Of a stretch of DNA of 64,000 bases, positions 9,060 through 18,437 are shown piece after piece. The notes beneath the pieces were generated by a model that worked only from the letters and a program-made list of their open reading frames with translations, did not search any database and had not been told where the DNA came from. Numbering within the stretch: position 1 is the stretch's first letter; the number at the start of each line of letters is the position of its first letter. The DNA lies in the NCBI GenBank assembly GCA_023459795.1, contig JAEWSP010000018.1, positions 30,946-94,945 of the forward strand, given 5' to 3'. The position numbers and the translations under genes were made by a program. This DNA is from Bacillota bacterium. GTDB lineage: Bacteria; Bacillota_I; Bacilli_A; RFN20; CAG-288.

Positions 9060-9326
9060 TTAGAAGCTGTACTCAGAAGCTAACTTCTTGAAGCCGGCAA
9101 CTGCCAGATCTTCATCTGCTCCGTCGCAAACAATCTTGAGGGATTCCCCCTGGCTGATCGTCGAGATGGCGAAGACATTCATGATAGACTTGAGATCGCA
9201 CTCGTCACCATTCTCAAGAACCATCTTGATGTTGCACTTATGATGATTTGCTTCCTCTACCAGCTCTGCACTAGAGCGAGAAGAGAGACCATTCATGGCA
9301 TTCACTTTGATTTCGAATGTTTTCAT
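9060..9326 (-). CDS. HPr-family phosphocarrier paralogue lacking the His15 phosphorylation site (Crh-like)
   Basis: 88 aa that aligns to HPr. The His15 site reads GLSSRSS (Ser at the His position). The Ser46 region LKSIMNV is conserved. Confidence 0.7.
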   Translation of the reverse strand: MKTFEIKVNAMNGLSSRSSAELVEEANHHKCNIKMVLENGDECDLKSIMNVFAISTISQGESLKIVCDGADEDLAVAGFKKLASEYSF

Positions 9327-9763
9327 AGGTTTATATCTTTCTGCACCTTTATTATAGAGAATTTGGTAAGCGTTTACAAGTGAGGCGGGAAATTTAAGGT
9401 TTTTCTGTGCGTCTTAGCGTAACTGAAGGGTGGCTAACTTCAGGAAGCGCCCATCCAGTCTTTTGGCTTAGAGAGCTCTTCTTAGCTATTATAAGCTATT
9501 AATTACTTTTTGCGGTCATTTCTTTTTCTTTTTTTGCGTATTCTGACATTTTCTTTTTCTTATCGGTTCGTTCCTCATCTTTCCCCTTTCATTCTTAGGT
9601 CGTTTCTGCATGCCTTTTATATCCCCTTTCTTCTTCTTTTTGGTTGCAAATCCAATCAAAAGCCGTCATTTTCGCTGCTTCTATTTTCGTAGCGGATTAA
9701 TGCCTGTCGAAACAAAGCCTAAAGAGTTATCATATAAAGGCAAACGAAGGAGCTATTCCCCCA

Positions 9764-10948
9764 ATGGATGAAACAGCGAATAAGCCGGAAGAGAAGAAAC
9801 AGATAGTAATGAACGCAATGCGTCCGACAGGAAAGCTCCATATCGGGCACTATGTCAGTGCATTAAGACTTACCCTGGAACTCCAGAATTCCGGAAAATA
9901 CGACGAAATCTATGAGATGATTGCCGATACCCAGGCCTTGACAGATAACTTCGGCGTTCCCCAGAAAGTCCGGGACAACGTAATCGAAGTCGCCCTCGAC
10001 TATCTTTCCGCCGGTCTTGATCCGAACAAGACCACCATCTTCATCCAGTCCCAGGTCCCGGAACTTACGGAACTTACCTGCTACTATCTCGATCTGGTCA
10101 CTCTTTCCCGTCTGGAGAGGAATCCGACCGTCAAGTCGGAACTTGCCCAGAAGGATTTCGGTGATACCATCCCGGCCGGATTCCTCTGCTACCCGGTCAG
10201 CCAGGCTGCAGATATCACGGCATTCGATACGGATCTGGTTCCGGTCGGAGAAGACCAGGCTCCGATGATCGAACAGGCGAATGAAATCGTCCATAAGTTC
10301 AATTCCCTTTACGGAAAAGGAAAAGAAATCCTTCATCCCTGCAAGATCCTTCTACCGGAGAACAAGGCTTCCTTACGCCTTCCCGGCACGGACGGAAAGG
10401 CTAAGATGAGCAAATCCATCGGGAACTGCATCTATCTTAGCGATGACAAAAGAACCGTTGACAAGAAGGTCTCCACCATGTTCACGGATCCTACCCATCT
10501 CAACATCACCGACCCCGGCCATACGGAGAACAACCCGGTCTTCATTTATCTCTCCGCTTTTGCTACCGATGAATCCTTTAAGAAATACTGGCCGGAATAT
10601 AAGAACCTGGACGAACTCAAGAAAGCCTATGAGAAGGGCGGACTCGGAGATGTACCGGTCAAGAAGTTCCTGGCCTCGGTACTTAACGAAGTCCTGGATC
10701 CGATCCGGGAGAAGAGAAAGTACTACGAAGCCCACATCGAGGATGTCTACAAGATCCTGGAAGTCGGTTCCAAGAAAGCAGAGGAGAAGGCTCTTGCTAC
10801 GGTCTACCGCGTCCGGAGAGCACTCGGCGTCAACTTCTTCCATGATCCGAAGCTGATCGAAAAGCAGTCGAAAGCCTATCGCAAGAAGCTTGCCGACGAT
10901 GCGGCAAGAGAAGAATACCTTGCCAAGCAGAAAGCCGGCCAGAAGTAG
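9764..10948 (+). CDS. trpS: Tryptophanyl-tRNA synthetase (class I; HIGH = HIGH, KMSKS present), long form
   Basis: PTGKLHIGHY and a literal KMSKS. The QSQVPELTELTCYYL...LERNP block resembles TrpRS. At 394 aa it is longer than typical TrpRS. Confidence 0.65.
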   Translation: MDETANKPEEKKQIVMNAMRPTGKLHIGHYVSALRLTLELQNSGKYDEIYEMIADTQALTDNFGVPQKVRDNVIEVALDYLSAGLDPNKTTIFIQSQVPELTELTCYYLDLVTLSRLERNPTVKSELAQKDFGDTIPAGFLCYPVSQAADITAFDTDLVPVGEDQAPMIEQANEIVHKFNSLYGKGKEILHPCKILLPENKASLRLPGTDGKAKMSKSIGNCIYLSDDKRTVDKKVSTMFTDPTHLNITDPGHTENNPVFIYLSAFATDESFKKYWPEYKNLDELKKAYEKGGLGDVPVKKFLASVLNEVLDPIREKRKYYEAHIEDVYKILEVGSKKAEEKALATVYRVRRALGVNFFHDPKLIEKQSKAYRKKLADDAAREEYLAKQKAGQK

Positions 10949-11119
10949 AGAGAAGATCAGGGAAGAACAGCACCGGCCTTTTCCTATCCTGGGAAAAGGC
11001 CTTTTTCGTGTGTTCCGCTTTACTATCTTCCTCTCTTCCGTTATCCTTGAAGCAAAGCGGGCAAGGCTATTTTCTTCTTAATCCAGAAATAGGTTTTCTG
11101 CCGGAAGAAGGACCAAGCT

Positions 11120-12830
11120 ATGAACAAGAACAACGGGCGCCGTCTAATGGCCTTCCTCAACGACCATCTTGCCAAAGTAGGGAAAAAGTATCTCTCCGTC
11201 TTCGATGCCTTCGGAAAAGAGCCGGAGAGAATCAGCGAGAAGACGCTTCTTTCCATCGTGAAGAAGAACAGGAATACGGAATTCGGAAGGAAGCACCATC
11301 TCGACCAGATCCATTCCCTTTCCGACTACCGGAAGGAAGTCCCTGTTTCGGACTACGAAGACTATAGGGAAGCAATCCTTAGGATGCAGGACGGGGGAAA
11401 GGATGTCCTCTTCCAGGGAAAACCGGTCTACTATACGGATACTTCCGGATCGACGGGGAAGAGCAAACGGATTCCTATCTCTGCTACCCAGCAGAAGGCA
11501 ATGAAGAAGAAGAAAGGAAATCCTCAGATCATCCCCTATCTGGAGAAGAAGAACGGATGCTATGACAGGAACCACCGGAAGATCCTCGCCCTGATGGCGA
11601 ATGCCGACATCACCTATACGAAGGACCAAACCCCGATCGGGGATGTCGTCTCCCTGATGCTTTCCAAGGTCAGCGGATTGATGGGGCTCTTCTTTACCAC
11701 CCTTTGGCAAGCCTCACCTCGAACGAGATCCATGACCGCCTCTATGTCCACCTTCTCTTCGCGCTTCCGGAAACGGACATCTATCTCATCATGAGTGCCT
11801 ATCTCAGCGAAACCTGCGGAATGGTGAACTATCTCTTCCAGAACCAGGAACTCTGCTCCATGATCTTGCAGAAGGGAAAATATCGGACTGCGTAAAGCTT
11901 TCCCCCGCCCTAAAGAAGGAACTTGAAAAGAAGCTTGTCCCGCACCCGGAAAGGGCTGAGGAACTAAAAGAAATCCTGGCTTCCGGAAGAGACGGGATCC
12001 TGACCAGGATCTGGCCTAGCCTCACCGTCGTAAGCGGGGTCGGCAGTACAGAGAACAGGCTGCGCCCGTATACGCTTCTTGTAAAAAGGTATCTAGGAAG
12101 CAAAGGACATATTTATTATGCCGCCTATAATTCCTCGGAATCCTTGATGGGGCTGGCAACGGACTACGACACCTTCCTCTATGCACCGGTCCTGGATATG
12201 GCTTATCTGGAATTCCTTCCCCTCGATGAGAAGGAACAGCCGATCCCGGGGAAGATCCTTTCCGTATCCGAGCTTACGGACGGGGCAAAGTACGAGACTG
12301 TCCTGACCAGCCTCTCCGGTCTCTATCGTTATAGGATGGCAGACATCGTCAAGGTCAGCGGACGGAAAGGAAGGCTTCCTCTATTCGAAATCCTAGGACG
12401 GAACAAGGTCCTCCTCGATGTCATGGGAGAGAAATGCACCTTCCATCAGGCAGATGACGCGATTGCCCTCCTAGGAGAAAAGATCGGGGAGAAGGAACAT
12501 CCCATCTATGCCTACTGTGCCACGGAAGGGAATAAGGAAAACCGGTATACCTTCTTCCTGGAAATCAAGGATTCCTCTTCCCTGGATCCGAAGAAGACTT
12601 CTCTCCTTCTGAAGGATTCCCTAGCCCTTGCTTCCCCGGATATCCGGTATGCTTTCGAGGAGGAAGGGCTCCTTCCTCCCGAAGTCTTCTTCGTGAAGGA
12701 AGGGACTTTCCAAAAATACCTCCACAATGAGAACCGGGAAGGAGAAGAAACAAAGCACTCCATCAAGGAGATCAAAGTCCTGAGGACCGAAGAGCAGAAG
12801 AAGTTCTTCAGGGATCATATCGAAGGATAG
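11120..12830 (+). pseudogene. GH3-family (acyl-acid amido synthetase / adenylating enzyme) gene disrupted by at least two frameshifts
   Basis: GH3 signatures are spread over three reading frames. YYTDTSGSTGKSKRIP is in frame 2. LTSNE...LYVHLLFAL is in frame 1. IWPSLTVVSGVGSTENRLRPYT...GLYRYRMADIVKVSG is in frame 3. Shifts fall near 11700 and 11880, and frame 3 is open back to 11883. Confidence 0.55.
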
Positions 12831-12891
12831 GAAAAGAGGCGTCCCCTAGAGGATGCCTTTTTCTTGCCAATAAACAGTCTTCTCTTTTTTG

Positions 12892-13929
12892 TCAGTCTCT
12901 ATCCGGCAGTTTTCCCGGCGCTTTGGATATGCCTTCCAGATACGAGTCGAAGGACTCCTTCCTGAAAGCATCGATTGCAGCTTCCACTTCCGGGTCCAGA
13001 TCCTTTATCCGGCCTCTGCCGATTACAAGAGGATCGATATACCTCCTCTTGGAATAGACCTTGATCGTATGCTCCTTCTCCGTCTTTTGTTCTTTGACTT
13101 CGGTTAGGTTTGTGAACCATTCCCAGTTATTCTTTGTCTCTTGGTTACCTAGAATTTTCTTGATAACAACCTCTTCCGTAGAATAAAGGTCGTTTTCCGA
13201 AAGAACGGACAAGGAGAAAGCTCTCCTAATTCCTCTGGCCAGGGCCTCCATCCCGTACCTGTCTTCTGGAGTCACATATACTTTGGAGTTCTGTATGGTT
13301 GCAAGAGCAAACTTCCTGGCAAGCTCCTTAGAAGAAAAAGCAAGCTCTTCGACTCCGTCTTCGTTTACCGTAACGGAAAGATCCCGGTACATTGCTTCTA
13401 CTTCTTCTCTAGAGGCATGGGAATAGTTCAGGAAATTGGAGAGGGTGTATTCCAGCCTGTCGGCAGAAAGCCTGGGAGAATCGTTGTCTGCAATCGGATA
13501 GAGATGGTAGTTATCGACATCCTTGGTAGATAGTCCAAGCTTCATAAGCTCTTTCTGGATTACGGGATCTTCTTCGATGATGCAGGTTGTCCTCTCCTCC
13601 GTTGCTTCCTGGGTAAGGTAATCCCCTTTTACGAAGTCGACGACGTGGGCAAAGGCCGGGGTTGCTATATCATGGAACAGACCGGAAAGGCTCTCCTTCT
13701 GATTCTTCCGGAAGTGATAGACGATTAGAGCAACTCCTAGAGAGTGGACGAACCTGGAATAAGGTTCGAAATCCTTATAGAACGGGAAGGAGGTATATTC
13801 CATTCCGCAGTGCATCCCGACATGCTTTATCCGTTCCAGGGAAGGAGCAGGAAGGAAGCCTTCCAGAAAGGAAGGGATATCCTTGCTGTAAAGAGAAAAC
13901 AGGAACTGCTCTTTTTCTATGTGGGACAT
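12892..13929 (-). CDS. HD-domain phosphohydrolase family protein
   Basis: HSLGVA...FHDIATPAFAH, an H...HD motif. Confidence 0.6.
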   Translation of the reverse strand: MSHIEKEQFLFSLYSKDIPSFLEGFLPAPSLERIKHVGMHCGMEYTSFPFYKDFEPYSRFVHSLGVALIVYHFRKNQKESLSGLFHDIATPAFAHVVDFVKGDYLTQEATEERTTCIIEEDPVIQKELMKLGLSTKDVDNYHLYPIADNDSPRLSADRLEYTLSNFLNYSHASREEVEAMYRDLSVTVNEDGVEELAFSSKELARKFALATIQNSKVYVTPEDRYGMEALARGIRRAFSLSVLSENDLYSTEEVVIKKILGNQETKNNWEWFTNLTEVKEQKTEKEHTIKVYSKRRYIDPLVIGRGRIKDLDPEVEAAIDAFRKESFDSYLEGISKAPGKLPDRD

Positions 13930-14018
13930 GTTTTTTCCTCTGTTAAAAGACCATTATAGCAAAGAAGAGCAACGGAAATGAGGTTGCCCTTGCCCCTCCC
14001 TTTTTGTATAATAGATTC

Positions 14019-14101
14019 ACCATCGCGGTGTATACCGTCGAACTTGGTCAGGACCGGAAGGTAGCAGCCATAAGATCGGTGTCCACGTGCGGTGGCTTTT
14101 T
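14019..14101 (+). ncRNA. ffs: Signal recognition particle RNA (small 4.5S/scRNA type)
   Basis: Contains TTGGTCAGGACCGGAAGGTAGCAGCCATAAG, matching the conserved SRP domain IV CAGGUCAGGUCCGGAAGGAAGCAGCCAAGG. The 5' CCATCGCGGTG pairs with the 3' CACGTGCGGTGG. An extended -10 TGTATAAT sits at 14005..14012 and a T-run terminator at 14097..14102. Position immediately upstream of tadA and dnaX matches Firmicutes synteny. Confidence 0.8.
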
Positions 14102-14111
14102 TATTAAAAGA

Positions 14112-14558
14112 ATGAATAAAGAAGACCTAGCTATAGCTTTATCGGAACTAGAGAAGGAGTCCTCTCTCCTGTTGCAGAAAGGAGAGGTTCCTGTTTCCGC
14201 AGTCCTTGTTCTTGAAGACGGGACAAGGATCGTTACCGGAAACAAAGTCGAAGAAAAGAACAACCCTTTTCTGCATGCCGAAATAGTTGCGCTCGAAGAA
14301 GGAATGAAGAAAACCGGGTCGAGGTATCTGAAGGGTGCCACCCTTCTTGTCTCTCTGGAACCCTGTCTTCTCTGCATGGGAGCAATCCTGAAAGCAGGGA
14401 TAGAGGATCTTTATTACTGCCAGGACGACAAGAAGAAAGGCGCTCTTTCCTACTACCATGTCTTTGTCGATGACGTACTCCGTGTCCACACCATAAAAGA
14501 CAGGGTCCTGGAAGACAACCTTAAAGCTGCTTTTGCATCGCTACGTAAGGACCAATAG
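14112..14558 (+). CDS. tadA: tRNA-specific adenosine deaminase (CDA fold: HAE...PCxxC)
   Basis: VPVSAVLV, HAEIVAL and EPCLLCMGAI zinc-binding motifs. The ORF-track start at 14004 overlaps ffs, so the start was moved to ATG 14112 (MNKEDL). Confidence 0.75.
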   Translation: MNKEDLAIALSELEKESSLLLQKGEVPVSAVLVLEDGTRIVTGNKVEEKNNPFLHAEIVALEEGMKKTGSRYLKGATLLVSLEPCLLCMGAILKAGIEDLYYCQDDKKKGALSYYHVFVDDVLRVHTIKDRVLEDNLKAAFASLRKDQ

Positions 14559-14575
14559 TCTTTTTCTATAAGTTT

Positions 14576-15262
14576 CTATTTCGTCTCGTCTTTCTTCTCT
14601 TCTTTTGTTTCTTTGATCTTTTTCAATGAATCTTCTGCTTTTCCTTCCGGGAAGATTGCCTTGAAGGCGAAGAAGAAGACAATAGTCGTGATTCCGGAGG
14701 TAGCAAAGGTCTGGCAGACCTGATAGAGAGTTCTGGACATGACTTCCGATGCCGGTTTCAGCCAGAGGGAGTTCAAGGCATTGGAAAGCAGCGTTACCAG
14801 GATATTGGCAAGCGTATAAAGCAGAACCTGGGGAAGAACCTTGCGGCGGGATTTATAGGTGATATTTCTTTGCAGAGGGAAATTGATTGCCTGGGTCGTG
14901 AAGTAGGTGATAAGCCAGCTGAAGAAATACCCTAAGCCTCCTCCGTAGATTACGTTTCCGGACTGATCCCTAAGGACATCATATCCGAGGATTGCCCAGA
15001 CAAAGCGTCCGTTTCCGTAGGGAAGCGTAATTCCGGGCCAAAGCCATTCCGTTCCGGCAAGCCGCATACCGAAAGCAAGCGGCAGGAAAGTATAGCCAAG
15101 ATACTGGAAAACAGTCAGGACCCATCCGATAAGGCCGAACTTGATGAACTGCCAGATTGTCTTGTTTAGATTCGGGTGGTGGAACGAGAAATGCTTCCAC
15201 CATTTTGGCGGAAGAAGCTTCTTTCGTTTTTCCGTCGGGTTGCTGTTCTCTTCCATAAGCAA
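14576..15262 (-). CDS. GtrA-family membrane protein (polysaccharide / teichoic-acid glycosylation accessory)
   Basis: FIKFGLIGWVLTVFQYLGY and a 4-TM GtrA-like topology; 228 aa. Confidence 0.55.
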   Translation of the reverse strand: MLMEENSNPTEKRKKLLPPKWWKHFSFHHPNLNKTIWQFIKFGLIGWVLTVFQYLGYTFLPLAFGMRLAGTEWLWPGITLPYGNGRFVWAILGYDVLRDQSGNVIYGGGLGYFFSWLITYFTTQAINFPLQRNITYKSRRKVLPQVLLYTLANILVTLLSNALNSLWLKPASEVMSRTLYQVCQTFATSGITTIVFFFAFKAIFPEGKAEDSLKKIKETKEEKKDETK

Positions 15263-15448
15263 GAAACATTATATAGTTTTTCCCTAGGTTTTGTAGGGAA
15301 AAGAAGATCCTTTGTGATAAACTTAATCCCGATATGAGAAAAATTTTTATTTCCTTCCTGTCATCGCATTCCTTTTCCGGCCTCTAGCGGGCTTTTTTGC
15401 TATAGACGGAAGATACGATCCATAAAACAGTAAAGGATAAACATTAAA

Positions 15449-16558
15449 ATGCCAGAAGATTATATGATGGCCCGTTTGAAGGCCATGAAGAAGAGACTAA
15501 CCGATATCGACGACCTCTTAAGCGGTGGTTCGATGGATGTTCCTACGATGACGAAGCTTAGCAAGGAACGTTCCGGCCTGGAAAAGCCGGTCGAGCTTTA
15601 TGACGAAGTAATGAAGATGGAGTCCGACAAAGCGGATGCCGAGGAGATGATGAAGGATCCGGATCCGGAGATCAAGGATCTGGGCAAATCCACTTTCGAT
15701 GAGATGGCCAAGAAGATCGATGCCATGGGAGAAGAGATCAAGCTCTCCCTGATTCCTAAGGATGCCAATGACGACAAGAACATCATCATGGAAATCCGCG
15801 GTGCAGCCGGAGGAGATGAAGCGAATATCTTCGCCGGAGATCTTTTCCGTATGTATTCCCATTATGCAGACAGGGAAGGCTGGAAGATCCAGCTTCTCGA
15901 CAGCGAGCCTACTCCGCTTGGCGGATTCTCCCTCGTTTCCTTCCGTATCAAGGGAAAGGGCGTCTACTCGAAGCTGAAGTTTGAAAGCGGCGCACACCGT
16001 GTCCAGCGTGTTCCGGTCACGGAAGCAAACGGCAGGATCCAGACATCGACGGCTACCGTCCTTGTCATGCCGGAAATCGAGCATGTCGACATCAAGATTA
16101 ACCCTGCCGATCTCCGTATCGATACCTACCATTCCTCGGGCGCCGGAGGACAGAACGTCAACAAGACGGAGTCTGCCGTCCGTATCACCCATATCCCGAC
16201 GAACATCGTTGTCTCCTGCCAGATCGAGCGGGATCAGCTTGCCAACAAGGAAACATGCATGCTGATGCTGAAGGCTAAACTCCAGGCTCAGCATGATGCC
16301 GAGATTGAAGAGAAGGTCGGAGGCGAAAGAAGACTGAAGATGGGAACCGGCGAGAGGAACGAAAGAATCCGCACCTACAACTATCCGCAGAACCGTGTAA
16401 CGGATCACCGGATCGGCTGGAGCACCCTGAATCTTCCCAAGTTCATGAACGGGGAACTGGATGACTGCATCTTTGCTTTAAACGAAGCCAACCAGAAGGA
16501 TCTTCTGGAAGAAGAGACGAAGAAGCTGAAGGCAGAGATGGAGCAGCAGGAAAAGTAG
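15449..16558 (+). CDS. prfA: Peptide chain release factor 1
   Basis: GGQ motif (SGAGGQNVNKTESAVRITHIPT), RF1-type tripeptide region (RVPVTE) and RF-1 domain order. Confidence 0.9.
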   Translation: MPEDYMMARLKAMKKRLTDIDDLLSGGSMDVPTMTKLSKERSGLEKPVELYDEVMKMESDKADAEEMMKDPDPEIKDLGKSTFDEMAKKIDAMGEEIKLSLIPKDANDDKNIIMEIRGAAGGDEANIFAGDLFRMYSHYADREGWKIQLLDSEPTPLGGFSLVSFRIKGKGVYSKLKFESGAHRVQRVPVTEANGRIQTSTATVLVMPEIEHVDIKINPADLRIDTYHSSGAGGQNVNKTESAVRITHIPTNIVVSCQIERDQLANKETCMLMLKAKLQAQHDAEIEEKVGGERRLKMGTGERNERIRTYNYPQNRVTDHRIGWSTLNLPKFMNGELDDCIFALNEANQKDLLEEETKKLKAEMEQQEK

Positions 16559-16565
16559 GAATCAG

Positions 16566-16597
16566 GCGGAATGGAAAACCATTCCGCCTTTTATCCA
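16566..16597 (+). terminator. Hairpin between prfA and prmC (AGGCGGAATGG-AAAA-CCATTCCGCCT followed by TTTA); possible partial terminator or attenuator
   Basis: Perfect 11-bp stem with a weak T tract. Confidence 0.4.
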
Positions 16598-16602
16598 AAC
16601 AA

Positions 16603-17409
16603 ATGACAGCCGCCGAGGTCGCAGAACAATTATCGGAAGAGAACATTCCGCTTGCCGATATCCGGACTATCCTTTCCGGTGTCTTCTCTTTTCCTTTCGA
16701 CAGGCTCGGAATAGACGGGGACAAGGACATTGCCACCAAAGAGGAATACAAGCTTGTCCTTGCTAAGCTTAAGGGCGGCGTACCTCCCGTCTATCTTGCC
16801 GGATACGACATCATCCGGGGACTGAAGATCTACCTATCGGAAGATGTCCTTATCCCGAGGACGGAGACGATTTCTTTTCTATACGGAGATATCCAAGGGA
16901 ATTACGATTTTTCCAACAAGAAAGTCCTGGATCTATGCACAGGGAGCGGCATTATCGCCTTGTCGGTAAAAAAGCTTTTCCCTGCCAGTATTGTCACTGC
17001 AAGCGATATTTCTGATAAAGCATTAGCTCTTGCAAAGAAATCCGCAGAAGAGAACTCTCTTTTTATAGTTTTTAAGAAAAGCAACTTCTTAGAAGATATC
17101 CAGGATAGGTTTGATGTAATCCTCTCCAATCCTCCTTATATCGAAGAAAGAAGCAAGGATGTTATAGCCCCTTATGAGCCTCCTCTTGCTCTCTATAGCG
17201 GCAAGGACGGAATGGATAGCTACAGAGCTATCTTCTCCCTTCTGGACTCTAGGCTTCTTAAAAAAGGCATTGCTTTCTTCGAACTGGAAGCAAGCAATGC
17301 CGACAAGGTAAAAGACCTGTTCCTCTCCTTCTATCCGGAAGGATATGACTGTTCCTTTATCCTCGATATGGAGAACAAGAAAAGGTATCTTGTAGCCAAG
17401 AAGAGATAG
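16603..17409 (+). CDS. prmC: Release-factor glutamine N5-methyltransferase (HemK/PrmC)
   Basis: NPPY motif (ILSNPPYIEE) and SAM-binding motif LDLCTGSG. Immediately downstream of prfA. Confidence 0.8.
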   Translation: MTAAEVAEQLSEENIPLADIRTILSGVFSFPFDRLGIDGDKDIATKEEYKLVLAKLKGGVPPVYLAGYDIIRGLKIYLSEDVLIPRTETISFLYGDIQGNYDFSNKKVLDLCTGSGIIALSVKKLFPASIVTASDISDKALALAKKSAEENSLFIVFKKSNFLEDIQDRFDVILSNPPYIEERSKDVIAPYEPPLALYSGKDGMDSYRAIFSLLDSRLLKKGIAFFELEASNADKVKDLFLSFYPEGYDCSFILDMENKKRYLVAKKR

Positions 17410-17410
17410 C

Positions 17411-18346
17411 TTATTTGCTGTCCGGCTTTGCTCCCATCCAGGTTCTCCCTTCCGTGATGAGCGTCGTCATCAAGGCGACGACATCAAAGAAGAGAAGCAG
17501 GATCAGGGCAACCGGTGTGATTTTCAGTTCCGAAGTGCAGAGCAAAGAGGTGAAGGTGAAGAAGATCAGATTGAAGTAATACAGGTATTTGTAGTCCCCC
17601 GGATAGAAGATGCTGAGGATTCCGCTGATGGTAATGAAGATCATTCCCATTAGCAGCGGGAAGTACATGGCCGTCGAGGAGACCGGATTGTATTTGGCTC
17701 CCAGATTCAGAAGATAGATGGCGGCGGTAACGAGATAGAAGACGAAGGAAAGAATACGGCAGATCCGGGAAAGCTTGATCCCGGATATGATCTTCATCCT
17801 CTTGTCTCCGCTTTCCTCGCTGATCTTCTCTACCCTCTTTTCGACGTCCTCGTTGATCTCCATGCCGTTCGTGACATTGAAGACCGTGTTTCCGTTTCCC
17901 TGCTCATCGAAGGCCGTCCTTCCCTTCTGGAACCTCTGGTAGTAGAGAAGAAAGAAAACCAGGTTCAGGGCAAAGCCGAAAAGGCAGAGGGAGAACTCCG
18001 TCCAGTAGATAGCCCCTAGATCCAAGGTACTGTCCAACGAGGAGATAGGTGTAACCAGGAAGTCTTCCCTGTAGAAGAGAAGGGCAAGAAGAGTTTCCAG
18101 GAAATAGAAGACGGCTGTCTTTATCGGTTTGTAGAGGGTAAAGAGCCCTGTCCCGATGACGATACCCAGGATCATCAGGCTAGGCATGACATTCTTCATC
18201 GTCGAATAGTCGTGGGTGTTATAGAGGATCAAAGACGGAACCACGACAAAGAAGACCTGGGAGAGGAAGACCATAATCCGGTTGTAGATATCGACCCTGG
18301 AAAGAAAGGATGCCAGAGTCTTGAAACGGGCTCGGATTTGTTTCAT
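17411..18346 (-). CDS. Hypothetical polytopic membrane protein
   Basis: 311 aa with multiple hydrophobic helices; no motif recognised. Confidence 0.45.
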   Translation of the reverse strand: MKQIRARFKTLASFLSRVDIYNRIMVFLSQVFFVVVPSLILYNTHDYSTMKNVMPSLMILGIVIGTGLFTLYKPIKTAVFYFLETLLALLFYREDFLVTPISSLDSTLDLGAIYWTEFSLCLFGFALNLVFFLLYYQRFQKGRTAFDEQGNGNTVFNVTNGMEINEDVEKRVEKISEESGDKRMKIISGIKLSRICRILSFVFYLVTAAIYLLNLGAKYNPVSSTAMYFPLLMGMIFITISGILSIFYPGDYKYLYYFNLIFFTFTSLLCTSELKITPVALILLLFFDVVALMTTLITEGRTWMGAKPDSK

Positions 18347-18437
18347 GCTTCAATTATACCAATACCGGAGAAGAGAATCCCCATAAGCCGAAAAAAGAGA
18401 AACCCCGGAAAGAGAAAGCAAGGCTCCCTGTGGTAGA

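Noticed and set aside
9380-9480. T-box riboswitch upstream of trpS
   Set aside because: The conserved AGGGTGGNACCGCG core is absent. Only a generic hairpin containing GGGTGG was found. Kept as a finding to test, not called as a feature.
15518-16408. 296-aa minus ORF
   Set aside because: Antisense to prfA (GGQ motif on the + strand).
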